This document shows, one piece after another, positions 58,188 through 64,000 of a stretch of DNA of 64,000 nt. The DNA lies in contig JAMWBK010000012.1 in assembly GCA_029953675.1 (NCBI GenBank), positions 496,001 through 560,000 on the forward strand, read 5' to 3'. The notes beneath the pieces are model-generated. The model saw nothing but the letters and a program-made list of their open reading frames with translations. It had not been told where the DNA came from and searched no databases. The translations under genes and the position numbers were made by a program. Position 1 is the stretch's first letter. The number at the start of each line of letters is the position of its first letter. The stretch is from Rhodosorus marinus CCMP1338 (lineage: Eukaryota > Plantae > Rhodophyta).

Positions 58188-58785
58188 AGTAAGGGGGAAA
58201 GGGGTCCACAGCTCTCATTCTCTGAGCACGTACCGATACGAGGTGAGTCGAGAAGGAGGAAATTTTTTTTTACTTGGGACAAAATAAGAAGCGGTTTCTG
58301 AAATGTTTCAGGGTTGGCGATCTGCCTAAATCAGCTGCGTTCTTCGGTACCCGTTCCTTCTCACTGTTTTTTCCTCTCTGCACGCGATCCGTCGACCTCT
58401 ATGATCATTCACGTCTGGAAGGTCTAGCGAGCAAGTACGTACAGGTACGTAAGAGGACCCTCGTCCGCGGGAGCGTTAAATAAATGCATGCGGTTTTCAC
58501 TCAGGGAAACCGCGAGGAGCTTGATCTGCGTCCCAACACCTATCAAAGGGTTTTTTTGGCGAACTCTTTAGCGTGGGTAGGACGTCCCACTCGTCGACAC
58601 GATCGAGCAAGAGGAAACGTGTTTGTCCAAACCAACCACAGAAGAGCTTTAGCCATAAAGAAATTTGGCTCCTTTTCGCTCAAAAAGCAATTGAAAGCTG
58701 GTAATTCTAGACGAAAGTCTATCCAACCAGCCCACAATCTCCGATCGGCTGCGCTTTATCAAGGAAGGGGGGGAACAACAGTGCT

Positions 58786-59019
58786 TGTTCTCTGAGCACG
58801 CATCGATAAGCACCGACACGAAGGTAAATTAGGTTTCATTGTAAAAACTGTTCAGCAGACGTGTCATTAAGAGATCATGTGATCGCGCTTTTGTCGGCTC
58901 GCATGCGTGAACTCCTGATGGTAGTGAGCTCGAAAAAAAGATTTCAAGTTTGAATTTGTGGGCTCATCAAACCTAATTTACCTTCGTGTCGGTGCTTATC
59001 GATGCGTGCTCAGAGAACA
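58786..59019. repeat. Perfect 51-bp inverted repeats around a 132-bp core (fold-back duplication or MITE)
   Basis: 58786-58836 is the exact reverse complement of 58969-59019; no TSD seen. Confidence 0.93.
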
Positions 59020-60567
59020 GACGCGATACCTTACTAATTTCTCTTGCTGGCAGACGGTGCATTGAGATGGTGCGCGAAGGGACTAAACAGGGCTCGTTGT
59101 CTTTGTAAGGCAATTGTCGCTTGCCTTGCCACAAAGACGATGATCCTGCTTCGAAAAGTCATGTACAAAGTTTCAGAAAATTTAAAATTTTTCCCTCGAC
59201 AAGGTTGCAAAGTCGCTTCGTGCGGTTAAAAATTTGCCCCCCTTCTCCACAAACCGTGGAATCCTAAAGCTTTCGGAAACTAGTTTGTTGCTTCCTCCGC
59301 TCCTTCAACTGCCGTTACCAACCTCCCTCTCAACACGTCCTCTTCTTGCAGTTATCGTCTCGAAAACTTTTAGGGACAGTGCCTTGGCACTAAAGAAAAT
59401 TCTGGTCTATGGAAACGAATTTTCCCAATACTATTCACCTAATTTCAGTTCCAATGCATTCTTGCAGGCGTTAGGCATCTAGCCCTTCCCTCCACCCCCT
59501 TCAGCCCCTTTCTCTCCTCAGAAGCGTGGTATTTATCAGAGTTTGCGTGGGGTCTCCTCCGTCTCAAACACCACCTCGTGGAGAAACTCCACTTCAAATT
59601 CTTCCGTGCCATAAAAAAAATTGAGCAAACTCGGCAATCATCTACACTGGCAGGTGGGGGCGGGAGGCGGGGGAGGAGGCGAGGATATAGGGTCGCTCAC
59701 GTCGTGACTCTCAGATGAAGAAACCTTCACGATGCCCCGGTTGACAAAGTTTGACCTCCACTATCTCCACCGTGGCGACCTAACAATTGACATTAAAACT
59801 GATTTGTGACAACTATTCAGGAACGAGGTCGGATTCTTCCCTTGTCTTGTATTGAAAGTAAAATTTCAGTAATCCACGTTTTCCCCATCCTTTTCTTCAA
59901 ATCATTACACTATTCCATACGCATAAAACGCTCTCAAAAGTACGGTAGTTTATGATAAGTTCCTTTTGGATCCAATTTTTTACTGCTGCCACGATGGACG
60001 TTTATAGTTGACCACGATATCAATTTATATATATTTCTATTTTTAAATAATTATTGACCAGTAATATTGGTCTGACTATTTGTAATAGCCAATGAAAATA
60101 TTGTTCTCGGATTCATTGGGAAATTTCAGATACAGGATTACAGTACGTACCCAATGGATACGAGATGGGAATAGTAAAATAATTGATTATTTTAGTTTTT
60201 CTTATATGTGTTTAACTGTAAGATGAAGAAGGAATTTATTTAATGAAGAAACGCAATGAGAGTTGTCAGCTCGAGAGGGGGAGTTTGGACTTTTTGACGG
60301 TGAGTTGAGGGTTGAGTTGATGGCTACTGGGCTAGCTAGGTGTGATGTGACGAGGGTAGGCTCAGTAAATTAGGCGATGATGGGGATTTGGATTTGGATT
60401 GAGGACGTGTTTTGTGAAAATGTTTTCATTTTTTTGATGGAATTGGGTGAGTTGTCGGATGATGGTGATTGGGCGGGCGGGGTAGAAGGTATATAGGTTG
60501 TGGAGCTGAAGCGACGGAAGGAGAAAGAGAGAACTGTGGTTGCCAGGGGAAGTCCCTTCTTCGCTCC

Positions 60568-61885
60568 ATGCGGGAAAGATGCATGTGCTTGAACGTTAGC
60601 AAAGTTTGTCTCTTGGCCTCCCTCCTTTTTGGTGCTTTTTCATCCGCTCTGAGCTTTTGGCCCGCCGATGATAGTTCATGGAACCGAGCTCAAAAAACAT
60701 ACCCACGTCCAGTACCTCTTCATGATCTTTACCGTTTATAGTGGTTTGGTTTATGTGCAACCCAAGACAGTGCCCTCTGAATCTGACGAACACCGGCTTC
60801 TTCGATGAAACGCATACTAAACCAAAATCGGTATATTTAAGGTAGGTGTCTCGAATTTGATGATCTAACGAGCGCACTTTTTGGCTCGTGGGCCTGACAA
60901 AGTGAGGGCACGTCCATAGGAAACGCTAGTAAGTCGAACACGTTTCTGAAGAGCAGAAATCTTATTTTCCGGTTCAGACGCTTTAGGGAAGGAGAGGTTC
61001 TAGTCCCTATATTGACTGAAGTAATTTAATCGGTATTTGTTGTCTATGAATTCAATCCTGGATTCGTTAAAGTGCATCCAAGAACCTCCGCCTAGGGAAG
61101 CTCTAGACTGATGTAGAGCTGATACCTGGTGTATCTGAATGTTTGAAATATCTTGAGTGATTAATGGATGGAGACGGTAGCCTGTTAGCGGTACGGGAAG
61201 TCATGGGGTGGTCAGGGTTCATGCTGCTGAGCATCAGCAGAGTTTCTATCTCTGGTGGTTGTCCACGTATGTTTCACCCCAGGTCGCTCAATCGATCGAA
61301 AAACAAGACATTATGGGGGAGAAAAACGGGTTTCAATTGGTCACGATGACGTTTACCGAGCGAAGCGTGTGTTTTCGACTTTTTGAAAAGGGCTGCATGG
61401 GCACCGATCACTCTCCATTGAGCACCACGAGACCCTTCAAGATTGAAGAGGCCTCTGCACTTTTTTTAGTCAGCATAAGTAATGAGGCTTCTTTCACGTT
61501 CGTTCACACCTTTTGCGTGCAGAGCAAACGAAAGTGACCCATCAAGAAAGTTCACCAAAATAAACACAAATCCAGTGCCTTAAGAAGACAAACTTACACG
61601 CGCTAAGACTGTGCATATGATTTCGAACCAGTGCACACGGTCCCTTGTACCCTTGTAAAGAAGTGAGGAAAACTTTTTCGTCCTCTGACATGAGTTGCTT
61701 TGCCAATTCTTTTCGAATGGCTATTGAGGATGCTTATTCAAAGTCCCGAAAGATACGCCCAGGTCGTGCAGAATTACCAGCGCACGGCCCGGGTTGATGA
61801 TCCACGCATTCTCGTTTCTGAATTGGAAACAGTACTGCACGAAAATGACGGTTTTGGGGACTGCGAGCGAACTAACCCCCCCTGA
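60568..61885 (+). pseudogene. Possible spliced or degenerate gene for a signal-peptide/anchor protein
   Basis: VCLLASLLFGAFSSALSF hydrophobic start, protein-like blocks in shifting frames, GTAGGT donor-like site near 60842. Confidence 0.25.
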
Positions 61886-62303
61886 CCGCGCAATCCAAGG
61901 CTATGAACTATTCCGTCCCAATCCCCCGGACAAACGTGCACATCTCAGAGAGATCTTTGAAGCGAGCTAGAGGGGTAGATTGAGGATAGAGCGGGCGGAG
62001 GGAAGAGTGTAATGTGATCAAACCCACCAATGCTAACCCGCTTTTACGTCTGTTTCTTTTTTGAAACCTGCTCTCCTGATTTCAGGGTTTTGGAACACGA
62101 AACAGTTTTGCCTTTGATAATTACTTCCTTTTCCGGCCAATCACTTCCTCCCGTACTCTATTGTGCCCTCTAACAGTCCAGAGAGAGACAAATAGCTCGC
62201 GGTTGGATTTCGTCTCCGCAGCTGAACCGTGGTTAGCCGACAAGTTCTCTAAGAGGTTTTGTGAGTTTCAGAGAGTTTTCATCATCTCCATCAACTCGAA
62301 GGC

Positions 62304-62311
62304 TATATAAA
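62304..62311 (+). promoter_or_regulatory. TATA box (TATATAAA) of paralog 5
   Basis: 102 nt upstream of ATG 62413. Confidence 0.6.
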
Positions 62312-62412
62312 CCACCTCGCTGTGGCGGTAATTGGATGTTGAGCTGAAGTCCCAAGGCAGAGAACCCATTGAGAGGAGCAGGGCCAAAGTTTGAAAGTTG
62401 AGAGGTTTCACC

Positions 62413-63102
62413 ATGAAGACGATTGCGATCATTGCGATGTTGGCGGTTCTGGGCATGGCGGTTGCCCAGAATGAGAGCATGGAGGAGAACGTGACGGCGC
62501 GTTTGATCAATCCCCCGCCGATTGAGAAGCACTACTGCTCGTACTACGCTGACAAGTACGATGTCGTCAAGCTGTGGGGCCTCGACAAGAAGTGCTACAT
62601 TATCTACGACAGTGGAAAGTACGCCAAGCTCGGTTATGTGTGTGTCTCCATCGTGACCTACCACGGCAAGACCTGCATCGCGTTCAAATTCTACGCCGCC
62701 AAGGGCTACAAGTTCACCGGACTCTACGCTGGTGCTAGCGTGGACTGCAGCATCCCGACGAAAAACCCGTACTACGTCAAGGCCAAACACTACTATCCTG
62801 GAAAGACCCTCTACGTCTGCTTGGATACTTTCTACGCCTATGGCCCGACCGGATGCTGCAACTCCGATATCTGCCTTTACTTCAAGGTTACGGCGAAGAA
62901 GTACATCTGCAAGTACTACTACGGAAGGCTCTCCAAGAAGATCGCAAACAGACTCAGCGGGGGACACCACAAGCATCACAAATGCTACTACGGGCACAAG
63001 ACCTATTGGGGCTTCCCGGCCTACGACGTTTGCCCGAAGTACAACTTCTACAGCGCCTGCTCCGCGCCGTTCAAGTGCTACAACGAACCCGTACCCTTGT
63101 AA
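62413..63102 (+). CDS. Secreted Tyr/Lys-rich 14-Cys protein, divergent paralog 5 (229 aa)
   Basis: Signal peptide MKTIAIIAMLAVLGMAVA; same 14-Cys order; His/Lys/Tyr insertion GGHHKHHKCYYG. Confidence 0.92.
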   Translation: MKTIAIIAMLAVLGMAVAQNESMEENVTARLINPPPIEKHYCSYYADKYDVVKLWGLDKKCYIIYDSGKYAKLGYVCVSIVTYHGKTCIAFKFYAAKGYKFTGLYAGASVDCSIPTKNPYYVKAKHYYPGKTLYVCLDTFYAYGPTGCCNSDICLYFKVTAKKYICKYYYGRLSKKIANRLSGGHHKHHKCYYGHKTYWGFPAYDVCPKYNFYSACSAPFKCYNEPVPL

Positions 63103-63656
63103 TTGTAGAGGCAACCTCTCTCTCCACACGGCGTCCCCCGAGACGGCAAATACACGTGGAGCTTGCGGTTCACGACTACCTAGAGGTGTGCGCATTAACA
63201 AGGAAAAGTTTTCTTGGCACTTTTACATTAAAAAAGTAAAACGAAATTCAAGAAACGTTCTGCCCATGCCAGACTTCCGGTACACGCGCATAGATCAGTT
63301 CAATGAAAACAGATTGTTCGAAGCCTTGTGGCGTCTGCCTCTGAATACAGCTTTCGTTCCAATAGCGTTTCTAACAACTGGACTCGCTAGGTCGCGTGGG
63401 TGCGAAAATCAATTGCTCATTGCTTCCAGCTCAGGATTCAGTCGTTATGCTGATCAAATAAAGCTGGCTAGAAACATAATTACAGACATCAAGCCACGGA
63501 CCAACCTAAACGGTAGCAAAAAGTCCACGCCCGTAACGGGCCATTTCGGAAAGGCCGGCTGTCCCAAACAGTGCGGTTGTCATCTCCGTCCGATGAAACA
63601 ACCGTCCGATTGCGTCCGATAAGTATCAGACGGTCTGATAAACGACCCGCGTTTGG

Positions 63657-63838
63657 TCGACCTCTCGCTGGCTTCGGGCGCGAACGCCCTGACCGTCTTC
63701 AATCGTTGTTTACCCGCTTAAGTTTCCTGCTGTGGCGCATGAATGCCGCTTTGATGTTGGAGGCGCGAGTACTTCGCCGCGCTTAGTCATTTTTTCCCCT
63801 CGGGGTTTTTTTTTCAGCCTCCGATTAAACCATTCGTT
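63657..63838 (+). mobile_element. Young family A 3' fragment, possible 7-bp TSD CGTTTGG
   Basis: Near-identical to 42906-43085; CGTTTGG at 63650-63656 and 63839-63845. Confidence 0.85.
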
Positions 63839-63934
63839 CGTTTGGAAAAGATAAATTTCATTCACTGAGGACTTCCGCTCCGATATATAAACATATATCG
63901 GTTTATAGGACCTGAATAGAAAATATTCATCACC

Positions 63935-64000
63935 TAGTACCTCCGGTCATTGAGTGCTTTGGGTTTACGGATTCCGTTGGTTCCTGCTGGCCTCGGGATT
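63935..64000 (+). mobile_element. Family A fragment running off the window
   Basis: GTCATTGAGTGCTTTGGGTTTACGGATTCCGTTGG (VIECFGF.DSVG). Confidence 0.7.

Noticed and set aside
60800-60820. 5.8S rRNA-like TCGATGAAACGCA
   Set aside because: Short, gapped match within a probable coding block; compatible with chance.

Overview
Eukaryotic nuclear DNA; no prokaryotic features and no CRISPR array. Gene style suggests a red alga or similar protist (inference). Roughly half of the window is copies of two related non-LTR retrotransposon families with RT plus a C-terminal zinc knuckle and restriction-like endonuclease (CRE-like, here called A and B). Family A ends in (CATT/CGTT)n tails and includes a near-intact, apparently full-length two-ORF copy at about 42906-47700 (-). 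Family B ends in reiterated AGTAAAGYCC/AATAAAGCC tails and is present as many truncated copies. Host genes are two C2H2 zinc-finger paralogs, a 601-aa hyperacidic secreted protein, a secreted triple-ShKT protein, and five paralogs of a 14-Cys Tyr/Lys-rich secreted family, three of which lie in a tandem triplication inflated by retroelements. The most striking signal is that several B insertions are concatemers of multiple 3' ends bounded by a single target-site duplication. One carries a 19-nt exact match to the 18S rRNA 3' end plus probable ITS1 sequence, and others carry a host fragment or a 5'UTR-like fragment. This is the pattern expected from serial RT template jumping with capture of cellular RNA. 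There are also tail-only micro-insertions and an unusual number of perfect 19-51 bp inverted repeats. All alignments and counts were done by eye, and boundaries of degenerate copies are approximate.
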